Assembly (NCBI GenBank): GCA_963727445.1
Contig: CAVSGI010000021.1
Coordinates: 320,001-384,000 of the forward strand
Reading direction: 5' to 3'
Source of the DNA: an uncultured delta proteobacterium
Lineage (GTDB): Bacteria > Myxococcota_A > Polyangia > Polyangiales > B10-G4
DNA: 64,000 bases
Position numbers and translations under genes: made by a program. This document shows positions 51,972 to 60,785 of this stretch, one piece after another. A model generated the notes under the pieces. That model saw only the letters and a program-made list of their open reading frames with translations. It ran no database searches and was not told the DNA's origin. The number at the start of each line of letters is the position of its first letter. Within the stretch, counting starts at the first letter, position 1.

Positions 51972-52023
51972 CGATGAGCTCCTGTTTCCTCGGGGCGCTT
52001 CGGCCCCTCGATTCGGATTGTCG

Positions 52024-53718
52024 TCAGTCCCGCCGGCGGCGCCAGAAGAACGAGGTCACGAGGCCCAGGAGCGCCCAGCCCAGCGGCTCCGTGCCGTTCT
52101 GCTGGGAGCCGACCGCGGTCTCGCAGGCGCAGCCCGAGCGACCGCCGGGCCGGCCGGGGCCGACGCCGCCGTCGCCGCCGACAATCGCGTCGCCGCCGGT
52201 GCCGGTGTCAGGGCCCGGTCCGACGCTTCCGTCGGGGCCCGGGCCGGTGCCGCCGTCGGGCATGGTCATCATCGGCCCATCGACGCACTCACCGGTGCGG
52301 CAGGTCTGTCCGGGCGGGCAGACCGCCCCCTCGCACGAGTCGTGACAGGTCCCGGCTTCGCAGTACTGGCCGGCGTCGCAGGTCACGAGATCGCAGCTGG
52401 GGTCGCTGCAGGTACCATCCGCGAGGCAGGTGAAGCCGTCGGGACAGGGGGTGCAGGGGCACGGCGCGCTGCAGGCGCCGTTCTGACACACCTGGCCCTC
52501 GCCGCAGGTGATCACCGCGCAGACGTCCACGCAGCGCCCGGCGACGCACGCCTGGTCGTGGGGGCAGGTGACGCCGTCGCAGCCGTCCACGCAGGTGCCG
52601 CCGGTGCAGCGCTGCCCGGCGGGGCAGGTGACGTCGACACAGGCCGCGTCCACGCAGGCGCCCTCGGCGCTGCACTCGAAGCCCTCGCCGCAGCCTCCCT
52701 CGAAGCAGGGCGGGATGCAGGCGCCCTGGTAGCAGATGTTGGGCGAGTCGCAGAGGCCGTCGCCGTTGTCGACCATTCCGTCGCAGTCGTTGTCGATGCC
52801 GTCGCAGCGCTCCGGGCTCGAGGTGCCGACGCCGACGCACTCGATGCCGCTGGCGATGCACTGGGTGATGCCGATGCCGCAGGCGCCGAGGGCGCCCGTG
52901 TCACACACCTCGCCGGCGTCGGGGCACGCCACCATTCCGCCGCTGACGCTGAAGCGCCACACGCCGGGCTCGCCGACGTTCGACGTGGTGCACATGTCGA
53001 GGATCGCCATGGTGAGCGAGTTCGGCACCGAGACGTAGTTGGTGCCGTCGTGCGCGTCGAAGCCCACCTGCGCGGGCGTCCCGCCGAAGCCGCCGGTTCC
53101 GCTGCTGGCGTCACCGGTCGTCCACTCACACTTGTTGTAGCGGAACTCGACCTCGAAGTTTCCTTCCTCACAGCCGACGGCGTTGGTGAGGATCATCTGG
53201 AAGGACATCTTGCGGTCGTCGTGCTGGTTGAAATAGCCGACGTTGTCCCAGGTGACGATCATCCGTCCCGGCTCGAGGTACCACCAGACGTAGTTCGCCG
53301 AGGGCGCGCCGCCGTTGCGCGTGTCGACGTCACCCCAGTACGGCGCGATCATCGGGTACGCGGTGCCGCCGCTGAGAGGAAAGGCGGACGGTGTGTAGGT
53401 GTAGAGCGTCCCACCGAAGGTGACGTTGCCGTTGTTGTTGACGACGACGTCGTTGAACGGCCCACCGAAGAAATTGAGCCCGGCGGGGAACGCGGAGGTC
53501 AGTGAGATCGTCGAGCTCGATCCATCGTCGTTGGCAGCCAGGACTCCGGTGGGCGAACCGCCGCCGGGGACAGGCAATAGCGGTACGCAGCCCGGCGTTC
53601 CACTTCCGGCGTTGTGCCAGCCCGGTGACGACGACGCGCAGAACTGCGCCTGTGCACTGCTGGTGAGCCACAACGACGCCACACAAAGAAAAGCCGCTGC
53701 CAAGCGATGATTGGCCAT
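52024..53718 (-). CDS. NIDO (nidogen-like) domain Cys-rich surface protein with MYXO-CTERM sorting signal
   Basis: NDDGSS, VNNNGNVTF, IAPYWGDVDTR, VTWDNVGYF, WTTGDAS, SNVGEPGVWRF. C-terminal GCAC, hydrophobic stretch and RRRR. Confidence 0.9.
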   Translation of the reverse strand: MANHRLAAAFLCVASLWLTSSAQAQFCASSSPGWHNAGSGTPGCVPLLPVPGGGSPTGVLAANDDGSSSTISLTSAFPAGLNFFGGPFNDVVVNNNGNVTFGGTLYTYTPSAFPLSGGTAYPMIAPYWGDVDTRNGGAPSANYVWWYLEPGRMIVTWDNVGYFNQHDDRKMSFQMILTNAVGCEEGNFEVEFRYNKCEWTTGDASSGTGGFGGTPAQVGFDAHDGTNYVSVPNSLTMAILDMCTTSNVGEPGVWRFSVSGGMVACPDAGEVCDTGALGACGIGITQCIASGIECVGVGTSSPERCDGIDNDCDGMVDNGDGLCDSPNICYQGACIPPCFEGGCGEGFECSAEGACVDAACVDVTCPAGQRCTGGTCVDGCDGVTCPHDQACVAGRCVDVCAVITCGEGQVCQNGACSAPCPCTPCPDGFTCLADGTCSDPSCDLVTCDAGQYCEAGTCHDSCEGAVCPPGQTCRTGECVDGPMMTMPDGGTGPGPDGSVGPGPDTGTGGDAIVGGDGGVGPGRPGGRSGCACETAVGSQQNGTEPLGWALLGLVTSFFWRRRRD

Positions 53719-53805
53719 CCACTACCTCCGCGCAGAAAGCCTACGATTATAGGGGCCTACACGCCAGCCGACTGTCATCTTCGCCTGTGGGCGGACAATT
53801 CCCCC

Positions 53806-54555
53806 CTACCTCGACCGCTCGTCGACCTCGATCGTGTCCCGGCTCACCTGGGTGCGGATGCCCAGGACGAGGGTCTCCTCACCCAGTCGGATGGTGTCCC
53901 CGAGCTCCAAGGGGTGGGGTGTGGTGAGGCGAACGTCGTTGACGTGGGTGCCGTTGTGACTGCCGAGGTCCTCGATTGTCGCCTGCGCGCCCTGCACGTC
54001 GATGGCGGCGTGCTGGCGGGAGACCGAACGATGATTCAGGACGAAACGGCAGCTCGTATCCCGGCCGATGAGCTGACGGCCCTCCACCAGCGGCATGGCG
54101 AAGCGGTCCGAGCGCAGCACGAGGACCGGCCGCTCCTCGAGGGCCGGAGGCGGGTGGGAGGTCTTGGGGCGGCGCTTGGCGAGCGCCCTCGAGATCGCGG
54201 TCGCGAGCCCGAGCTCGAGCTTGTCGCGGCCCACCCCGCCGTCCGCGCCGACCCGCGCCGCCAGGGAGGCGGCCTCCGGGCTCGACCGTTCGGAGACCAG
54301 GATGATGGCGACGTGGTCGAGGCGGTCGTTGCGCCGCACCAGCTCGGCGAAGCGGTCGCCGCTCATGACGTCGAAGTCGATGTCGACCACCACCACGTCG
54401 ATCCGTGACCGGACGATCTCCACCGTGGCCCCGATCGGAGAGTCTCGTGTAAAGACCGTCCAGCCCTGGCGGGAGAGCGCTTCGGACGCGCGCTCGCGCC
54501 CGTCCTTCCGCTCGAGGATGAGCAGGATGCGCTCTGCGCTTTCCCCAGGCCCCAC
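53806..54555 (-). CDS. Receiver (REC) + FHA domain protein
   Basis: VVVVDIDFDVMSG receiver core, FHA motifs LIGR, VSRQHA, DLGSHNGTHVN. Start placed at GTG 54555 because the longer ORF runs into the MITE. Confidence 0.82.
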   Translation of the reverse strand: MGPGESAERILLILERKDGRERASEALSRQGWTVFTRDSPIGATVEIVRSRIDVVVVDIDFDVMSGDRFAELVRRNDRLDHVAIILVSERSSPEAASLAARVGADGGVGRDKLELGLATAISRALAKRRPKTSHPPPALEERPVLVLRSDRFAMPLVEGRQLIGRDTSCRFVLNHRSVSRQHAAIDVQGAQATIEDLGSHNGTHVNDVRLTTPHPLELGDTIRLGEETLVLGIRTQVSRDTIEVDERSR

Positions 54556-54566
54556 GAGGGGGACTT

Positions 54567-54729
54567 TAGTGCCTGGTCCAATGAGGTGGAAGGGGAGATC
54601 GCGACGGGCGTCGGTCGCGTCGCAAGGAGGGAAACCGAAGGACGTGCAGCGCACATTCGAGGTCTCCCGACGCCGCGAGGCGGCCGACGAACGAGCGAGA
54701 ACCCTTCTACGTCATTGGACCAGGCACTA
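54567..54729. mobile_element. MITE-like element (163 bp), TA-flanked, with about 28-bp terminal inverted repeats
   Basis: Left end TAGTGCCTGGTCCAATGAGGTGGAAGGG; right end reverse complement TAGTGCCTGGTCCAATGACGTAGAAGGG (2 mismatches). Internal nested hairpins and a second partial copy at 47018. Confidence 0.82.
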
Positions 54730-54785
54730 GCTCAAAAGCGTGGGGGGGCACAGGGAAACGGAGGGGCGCGGCCTCGCCGGAATTC

Positions 54786-55454
54786 TCAGTCGCGTCGGCG
54801 CCGCCGTCGGCCGCCGCCACCACCACCGCCGCCGGCGGGGATGATGCGGATGCGACGACCCAGACCTTCCCCGTCGCTCTTGGTCGTGACGCCGGGGAAC
54901 TTGGCGAGAGACAGATGGATGACCCGCCGGTCGCGCGCGCTCATCGGCTCGAGGGTGATGACCTTGCCCTGCTGCACGGCGCGCTTCGCCTGCCGCTTGG
55001 CCATGGAGATCAAGCCGTTGTCGTGTCGCTCGCGGTAGTCGCCGCTGTCCACGATCACGTGACGGCGACCGCGCGGAAAGCGATTGACGATCTTGTTCAC
55101 CAGGAACTGGAGCGCGTCGAGGGTCTGCCCCTTTCGCCCGATGGCGCGGCCGGCGTCGGGCCCCGCCACGTCGAGGACGATCCGTTCGCCGTCCTCGCGG
55201 ATGTCCACGCTGGTGTCGAGATCCATGCGGTAGAGCAGGCCGTCGAGGACGTCTTGAGCCTCCTCGGCCTTCCCGTCGCCGGGCTCTCCCCGCGACTCGT
55301 CACGGTCGTCGTCGTCGTCGTAGTCGCAATCGTCGAGGTCGTCACCGCCGACCAACAGGGCGCCGTCCATCAACGGCTCTTCGTCTCTCTCAGGCACGTC
55401 GGATTCTCCAACAGGTAATCGCATTCGCCGACCTGGGGTCGGCGAAGGCTTCAT
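54786..55454 (-). CDS. jag: Jag/KhpB (KH + R3H) RNA-binding protein
   Basis: AIGRKGQTLDALQFLV, DYRERH, LEPMSARDRRVIHLSL. ATG overlaps the yidC stop. Confidence 0.92.
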   Translation of the reverse strand: MKPSPTPGRRMRLPVGESDVPERDEEPLMDGALLVGGDDLDDCDYDDDDDRDESRGEPGDGKAEEAQDVLDGLLYRMDLDTSVDIREDGERIVLDVAGPDAGRAIGRKGQTLDALQFLVNKIVNRFPRGRRHVIVDSGDYRERHDNGLISMAKRQAKRAVQQGKVITLEPMSARDRRVIHLSLAKFPGVTTKSDGEGLGRRIRIIPAGGGGGGGGRRRRRRD

Positions 55455-57304
55455 GCGGAACGCTTCCGCTTCTTCCTCTTTTTCCTCTTCTTGTCGAGAG
55501 AGGTACGGCTCACGACGCTCGAGCTCTTGTCGTCGTCTTCGTCGTCTTCGTCGGCCTGCTTCTCGGATTCGGCCTCGGCTTCCTCCTCGGCCGCCTTGGC
55601 CCGGGCCTCCGCTTCCTTCCGCTGGAGGTTCCGATGAATGTACACCTGCTGCCCCATGCCGAGAACGCTGTTCGTGACCATGTAGAGGCAGAGGCCGGCG
55701 GGCAAAAAGAGCAGGAACGAGGTGATCATGATGGGCATCACCCACATCATGATCTTCGCCTGGGTCGCGTCGGTCGCCGCCGGGGTCAGGCGCTGCTGGA
55801 AGTGCATCAGCACGCCGACGGTGACGGGCAGGATGAAGTAGGGATCCGGCGCCGAGAGGTCCGTGTACCAGCCCAGGAAAGACGCGTGGTAGAGCTCGAC
55901 GTTGGTCGAGAGCGACGCGTAGAAGGCGAACCAGACCGGCATCTGCAACAGGGACGGCAGACATCCGCCGAAGGGGCTCACACCGCGTTTGCGGTAGAGC
56001 TCCATCATCGCAGCGCCCTTCTGCTGCGGATCGTCCTTGTACATCTCGTTGAGCTTGTCGATCTCGGGCTTGATCATCCGCATCTGCCCCATCGACTGGA
56101 AGCTCTTCCAGGTGAGCGGGAGCAGGAGGATGCGCACCATGAACGTCATCATGATGATCGCGAGACCCCAGTTGCCGGCGATGCTGTAGATGAAACGAAG
56201 CAGCGCGATGAAGTACTTGGCGACGTAGGAGAACCAGCCGAGGTCCACCACGTCCGTGAGGTCGTGGCCCGCGGCGGCGAGGGCGTCGTTGTCCTTCGGC
56301 CCGATGTAGGCGAGGGTGCGGACCGTGTAGGTCTCGCCGGGGGCGATCTCGACGCGCGGATAGATCAGCTCCGCCTCGAAGAGACTGCCGTTGGGATCGT
56401 CCTCGGTGCCCCCGCGGTTGCTGGCTTCGATGCGACAGCGGGACGCCATCTCGCCGTCCGCCGCGAGCACCGTCGCGAAGTAGGTGTTTTCGGCACCGGC
56501 GAACTCCACCCCGCCACCGAAGCCGTGGCCGCCGGGCTGGTCGTAGCGCGACATGCCCTTCTCGCGGTCGAGGCGCGTCAGCTCTCCGTCGCCCCACGCG
56601 CAGATGCCGTGGCTCTTGAAGGGTGAGCGGCTCGCGAAGGACAGGATGCCGCCGATCTCTTCCTGCGCACGGGTGACGTAGTGATAGGTGCCGAGGTTGA
56701 CGCGCACGGGCCTCGGACCCGCGCTCTCGTTTTCGATCTGGATGGTCGACCAGATCTCGTAGGGGCCCTCGCCCGCTTCGAGGCTGCGCCGCACGCGGAA
56801 CCCTCGACCGTGCCAGGTCAGCAGCACCTTCGTCGGCGACACCTGCTCGGCGTGATAGACGGCGTCCGGCGGCATGTGCACCCCCCCGAGCACGGCTCGG
56901 AGCGGATAGAACTGCTCCTTGTCGGTGGTCACCATCTCCTGGTGCGAGCCGTCCTTCTCCGCGTAGCGCGGCAAGAGGAGCTGCATGCTGGTGAGCCCGC
57001 CGTTGAGGTTGCTGACCTCGGCGCGGAACTCCTCGGTGGTGATCGAGTAGAGGCGCTCCTGCGCGGCGCGCTCGGCGGGGTCGACGTGCTGCGCCGGGCC
57101 TTCGCCTTCGGCTTCGCCGTCCCCTTCGTCCGCGGTCGCGCTCTCGCCTTCGCTTTCGGTTTCGGTCGCGGCGTCGCCCTCGCCCTGCTCGAGCTGTGCG
57201 GCCTCGTCCGCGTTCGGCGCGAGGTACATGCTGTAGGCGAGGTAGCCGGCCCCGAAGACCAGCGACACCACCAGCATGGTGGTCAGCGACCGCCGATCAT
57301 CCAT
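55451..57304 (-). CDS. yidC: Membrane protein insertase YidC
   Basis: YIGPK, DLGWF, GNWGLAII, GGCLPSLLQMPVW, DLSAPDPYFILP, PAGLCLY. Conserved gene context. Confidence 0.96.
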   Translation of the reverse strand: MDDRRSLTTMLVVSLVFGAGYLAYSMYLAPNADEAAQLEQGEGDAATETESEGESATADEGDGEAEGEGPAQHVDPAERAAQERLYSITTEEFRAEVSNLNGGLTSMQLLLPRYAEKDGSHQEMVTTDKEQFYPLRAVLGGVHMPPDAVYHAEQVSPTKVLLTWHGRGFRVRRSLEAGEGPYEIWSTIQIENESAGPRPVRVNLGTYHYVTRAQEEIGGILSFASRSPFKSHGICAWGDGELTRLDREKGMSRYDQPGGHGFGGGVEFAGAENTYFATVLAADGEMASRCRIEASNRGGTEDDPNGSLFEAELIYPRVEIAPGETYTVRTLAYIGPKDNDALAAAGHDLTDVVDLGWFSYVAKYFIALLRFIYSIAGNWGLAIIMMTFMVRILLLPLTWKSFQSMGQMRMIKPEIDKLNEMYKDDPQQKGAAMMELYRKRGVSPFGGCLPSLLQMPVWFAFYASLSTNVELYHASFLGWYTDLSAPDPYFILPVTVGVLMHFQQRLTPAATDATQAKIMMWVMPIMITSFLLFLPAGLCLYMVTNSVLGMGQQVYIHRNLQRKEAEARAKAAEEEAEAESEKQADEDDEDDDKSSSVVSRTSLDKKRKKRKKRKRSA

Positions 57305-57542
57305 CGACTTCTCCGGTCTCCAACGCCGGCGGCGGGTCGTAACCCCCGGGGTTGAAGGGATGACACCGGCAGATGCGCTTGCAGCCGAGCCAGCCGCCCT
57401 TCAGGGGGCCGAAGCGCTCGATGCAGGCAGCCGTGTAGCGGGAACAGGAAGGCTCGAAGCGGCAGACGTTGCCGATGAGGGGGGAGAGCGTCCACCAGTA
57501 GATGCGGATCGCTCCGAGCATCAGCCAGCGGATCAGGCCCAT
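57297..57542 (-). CDS. yidD: Membrane protein insertion efficiency factor YidD
   Basis: CRFEPSCSRY, RICRCHPFNPGGYDP. Confidence 0.96.
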   Translation of the reverse strand: MGLIRWLMLGAIRIYWWTLSPLIGNVCRFEPSCSRYTAACIERFGPLKGGWLGCKRICRCHPFNPGGYDPPPALETGEVDG

Positions 57543-57928
57543 CAGCGCGCCTCCATCTTGCGCATGGCGCGGCTCGCCGTCCGCACCTCGTCCAGGACCT
57601 CGTGGTACCCGAGCTCGGGTGCACCCTTGCGCGCGATGAAGACGATGTCGCAGCCGGACGGAAAGAGGTCCCGGTTCCGGCGGAACACCTCTCGGACGAC
57701 TCGTTTGACGCGGTTTCGCTTCACGGCGGAGGAGCTCACCTTCCGGGTCACGGTGATCCCCAGGCGTGAGCGTGTAGAGGCTGTAAGGTCGGGTCGCGGG
57801 AGAACGACGAGAAGAAAGTGCGGAGTGTGGACTTTGCGCCCGCTACCCTGAGCTCGCCGGAACTCCCATGTCTTCCGCAGACGATCGTCGGGCGTGAAGC
57901 GCAGCCGAGCTGTCCCCGGCTCGGCCAT
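57542..57928 (-). CDS. rnpA: Ribonuclease P protein component
   Basis: RLGITVTRKV, AVKRNRVKRVVREVFR, DIVFIAR. Confidence 0.96.
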   Translation of the reverse strand: MAEPGTARLRFTPDDRLRKTWEFRRAQGSGRKVHTPHFLLVVLPRPDLTASTRSRLGITVTRKVSSSAVKRNRVKRVVREVFRRNRDLFPSGCDIVFIARKGAPELGYHEVLDEVRTASRAMRKMEAR

Positions 57929-57936
57929 GGGGGCTC

Positions 57937-58086
57937 TTACTTCTTGTAGGTGGAGACGGCGAGGCGCTTCCGGCCCTTACGACGGCGCGCGGCGAGGACC
58001 TTGCGGCCGTTCTTCGTCGCCATCCGGGCGCGGAATCCGTGGGTCCGAAGACGCCTCGTCCGATGGGGCTGATATGTGCGCTTCAC
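57937..58086 (-). CDS. rpmH: 50S ribosomal protein L34
   Basis: GTG start after GAGGAGG. (M)[41 protein letters not shown]. Confidence 0.97.
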   Translation of the reverse strand: MKRTYQPHRTRRLRTHGFRARMATKNGRKVLAARRRKGRKRLAVSTYKK

Positions 58087-58113
58087 AGCGAAATCCTCCT
58101 CGAAAGGGCGGGG

Positions 58114-58142
58114 AATCAAGCACGCGACCCCACCCCTGTCAA
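58114..58142 (-). promoter_or_regulatory. Sigma70-type promoter of the rpmH operon
   Basis: Minus strand TTGACA-N17-TTGATT. Confidence 0.55.
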
Positions 58143-58218
58143 CGCCACTTCTGCTCCCCGTTGCTTTCCACGTCGAGGTGAGCGCTATTCTTGATGAATT
58201 ACGCGATGATAGCGCGCC

Positions 58219-58898
58219 CTACTCGGTCCGCGGGAGCGAGGCAGAGGGCAGCAGGCCCGCGTCGAGAAAGCTGAAGTGCTCCGGATCCCCAAGATCACGT
58301 GGTCGACCACGCGGATCCCGAGCAGGGCCCCCGCGGCGGCCAGGCGCTCGGTCAGGGCCAGATCGTCGGGGCTGGGGCCCGGCTCCCCGCTGGGGTGATT
58401 GTGGACGAAGATCACCCCCGACGCGGCGTGACGGAGCAGGAGTCGAAAGACGTCGGCGGGCGCGACGGGACACGCCGACAGACCGCCGACCGCGATGGTC
58501 AGCTCGGCGACGGGGCGGTTCTTGGCGTCGAGGGGGATCGCCAGGAAGTGCTCCCGCTCCGCGCGCGCGTAGCGAGGGCCGAGCGCCCGAACCACGTCGC
58601 GGCTGGACGTGATCGCGCGGCCCCGCGACAGCGGCGCCGCCGCCAGACGTCGGCCCAGCTCGATGGCCGCGACAATCCGCGCGGCCTTCCCCACGCCGAC
58701 GCCGTCGATGGTGATGAGCTGACCGATCCCCGCGCGTCCGAGGCAGCCCAGCCCGCCCGTCTCTTCGAGTACCCGCGCAGCGAAGGAGCCGAGGCCTTCC
58801 TTCCCGTGACCGGTGCCGAAGAGCAGTGCCAGAAGCTCGGCGTCGCTGAGCGCCGAAGCGCCGACGCGGCCGAGACGCTCGCGGGGACCATCCTGCAT
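58219..58898 (-). CDS. radC: RadC/JAB-domain protein; one frameshift in a G run near 58288
   Basis: PRERL...ALSDAELLALL, GVGVGKAARIVAAIELGRR, HNHPSGEPGPSPDD, VVDHVILG. The tail DPEHFSFLDAGLL lies in another frame. Confidence 0.9.
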
Positions 58899-59100
58899 GC
58901 TCGTCGCCGGATGCAGGGCTCGGGCCAGAATCTTGGCCGCGAAATCACAGTGGACGCGCGCGCCCGCGGGTGGCGGCCGCCGGCGGTTCGCCGGCAATCG
59001 CCACCGCTGCTGGAACCACGCCATGCCCTCCGTTGTCGAGAGCGGTGCGCCTTGACCCGATGCGCCGGTTGAGGCCAAGTGTCCGCGGACGCGAGCCGAA

Positions 59101-60360
59101 GTGAGCACGAGGGCCAAGAACAAAGTCGTTTTCGTCGCGATGTGGGGTGGCGCCATCGCCGCCGCCCTCATGATCTGGTTGGCCCAGCCGCACAAGGAGG
59201 CGGCGACCGACGCAGACGACAACGACCAGGACGTGCGCCGACCCGAAGGCGACACGGCGCCGGCGGAGAGTCGCATCGGCCTGCCGGTGAGCACGCCACC
59301 CGAGGGGCCGCCCACCACCTTCCGCAACAATCGCCGCCACACCGGGCGCAGCCCCTATCGCGGGCCCTCCTCGGCCGAGCTCTCCTGGGCCTTCGAGACC
59401 GCGGGCCGCGTGAACGGCCAGGCGGTGGTCTCGCCCGACGGCACGATCTACTTCGGCTCCCACGACCATCACCTCTACGCGCTCAGCCCCGTAGGGACCG
59501 AGCGCTGGAAGCGCGACCTGGGCGACGCGATCTACGCCACGCCGCTGGTCGATGCCGACGGCAACGTCTACTGCGGCTCCGACGCCGACGTGATGGCGTC
59601 CTTCACGGCGTCGGGCGAGCAGCGCTTCCGCCTCCGCGTCGAGGGCGACGCCGACACGGGCGTCGTTCAGGCGCCTGACGGGACCATCCACTTCGTCGCG
59701 GGCCGCCACCTCTACGCCATCGACTCCGAGGGGAACGTGAAGTGGCGCTTCGAGGCGCGCGAGAAGATCTTCAGCACGCCCGCCATCGACGAGGACGGCA
59801 CGGTCTACTTCGGATCACAGGACGACGAGCTCTACGCCCTCGCCGCCGACGGCCGGATGCGGTGGTCGTATCACACCGGCGGGGACAACGACGCCAGCCC
59901 GGTGATCGGAGACGACGGCAAGATCTACTTCGGCTCCGACGACCACCGCGTCTACGCGCTCGACCGCGACGGCGACCTGGTCTGGTCGACCGATCTCGAG
60001 GGCTACGTTCGGGGGCCTCTGGCGCTCGGCGCCGGCGGCGTCGTGCTGGCGGTCACCTATGGGCCGCGCCCGCGCCTGGTCAATCTGGACGGGGGCGACG
60101 GGCGCCTCTCCTGGTTCTTCCCGGTGACGGTCACCGACTCCACCGAGGTGGGCGTTCACTCGGGCGCACTCGTCGACCGCGACGGCGACATCTACTTCGG
60201 CGCCCACGACGACTACCTCTACGCGATCACCGGCACCGGGGAGATGCGCTGGATCTTCGAGGCGCACGGCGACGTGGACGGGCCGCCCATCCTCACCCCG
60301 GACGGTACGCTGATCTTCGGGGCAGACGACGGGATGCTCTACGCGCTGCGGACCCCCTGA
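59101..60360 (+). CDS. PQQ-like beta-propeller repeat protein, membrane-anchored
   Basis: Repeated DGTIYFGSxDxxLYAL...G..W units. Confidence 0.9.
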   Translation: MSTRAKNKVVFVAMWGGAIAAALMIWLAQPHKEAATDADDNDQDVRRPEGDTAPAESRIGLPVSTPPEGPPTTFRNNRRHTGRSPYRGPSSAELSWAFETAGRVNGQAVVSPDGTIYFGSHDHHLYALSPVGTERWKRDLGDAIYATPLVDADGNVYCGSDADVMASFTASGEQRFRLRVEGDADTGVVQAPDGTIHFVAGRHLYAIDSEGNVKWRFEAREKIFSTPAIDEDGTVYFGSQDDELYALAADGRMRWSYHTGGDNDASPVIGDDGKIYFGSDDHRVYALDRDGDLVWSTDLEGYVRGPLALGAGGVVLAVTYGPRPRLVNLDGGDGRLSWFFPVTVTDSTEVGVHSGALVDRDGDIYFGAHDDYLYAITGTGEMRWIFEAHGDVDGPPILTPDGTLIFGADDGMLYALRTP

Positions 60361-60363
60361 GAC

Positions 60364-60729
60364 TCAGCCCACGCCCGCGATGTGGAGCACCCACTCGGTC
60401 ACGCCGCTGACCACGCTCATGATGAGCGCGGCCACCACGGCCGTTCCGAAGGAGCGCACCGTGAGCTTGCTCGAGAGCGCGTCCGTGACCTTGAGGAGGA
60501 TGGCGGTGACCACGACGCGGGTCACGAACGCGAAGAGGAACCCCAGGCCGAAGCTGGCGAATCCGATCACCAGAAAGAGCAGCCAACCGACGAGGACGTT
60601 GAGCAGCCCAAAGATGCCGGCGGTGAGGAGGTGGCCCAGAAAGCCACCTTCGATCTTCATGCCGTCGAGAAGCTCGGAAGCGGCCCAGAGAGAGAGCGTG
60701 ACGACGCCCCAGGCGACGAGAATGGACAT
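60364..60729 (-). CDS. Four-TM holin-like (YvlD-type) membrane protein
   Basis: LLDGMKIEG, GIFGLLNVLV, SFGLG, VRSFGTAVVAALIMSVV. Start placed at ATG 60729. Confidence 0.8.
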   Translation of the reverse strand: MSILVAWGVVTLSLWAASELLDGMKIEGGFLGHLLTAGIFGLLNVLVGWLLFLVIGFASFGLGFLFAFVTRVVVTAILLKVTDALSSKLTVRSFGTAVVAALIMSVVSGVTEWVLHIAGVG

Positions 60730-60785
60730 ACCCCACACATAGTTCCTCGCGGCGGGGACGCAACGCCACCGTTTTTGGGGGGCGC

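Noticed and set aside
58143..58218. oriC upstream of rpmH
   Set aside because: The gap is short, has no TTATCCACA-like cluster, and dnaA is absent.
58219..58898. radC/JAB gene as part of a defence island or mobile element
   Set aside because: It is the full-length chromosomal type with N-terminal HhH region, in a housekeeping context, with no E1/E2, cyclase or mobility genes.
60364..60729. Holin-like gene as a sign of a prophage
   Set aside because: No integrase, terminase, capsid or endolysin nearby. This 4-TM family is common in non-phage contexts.
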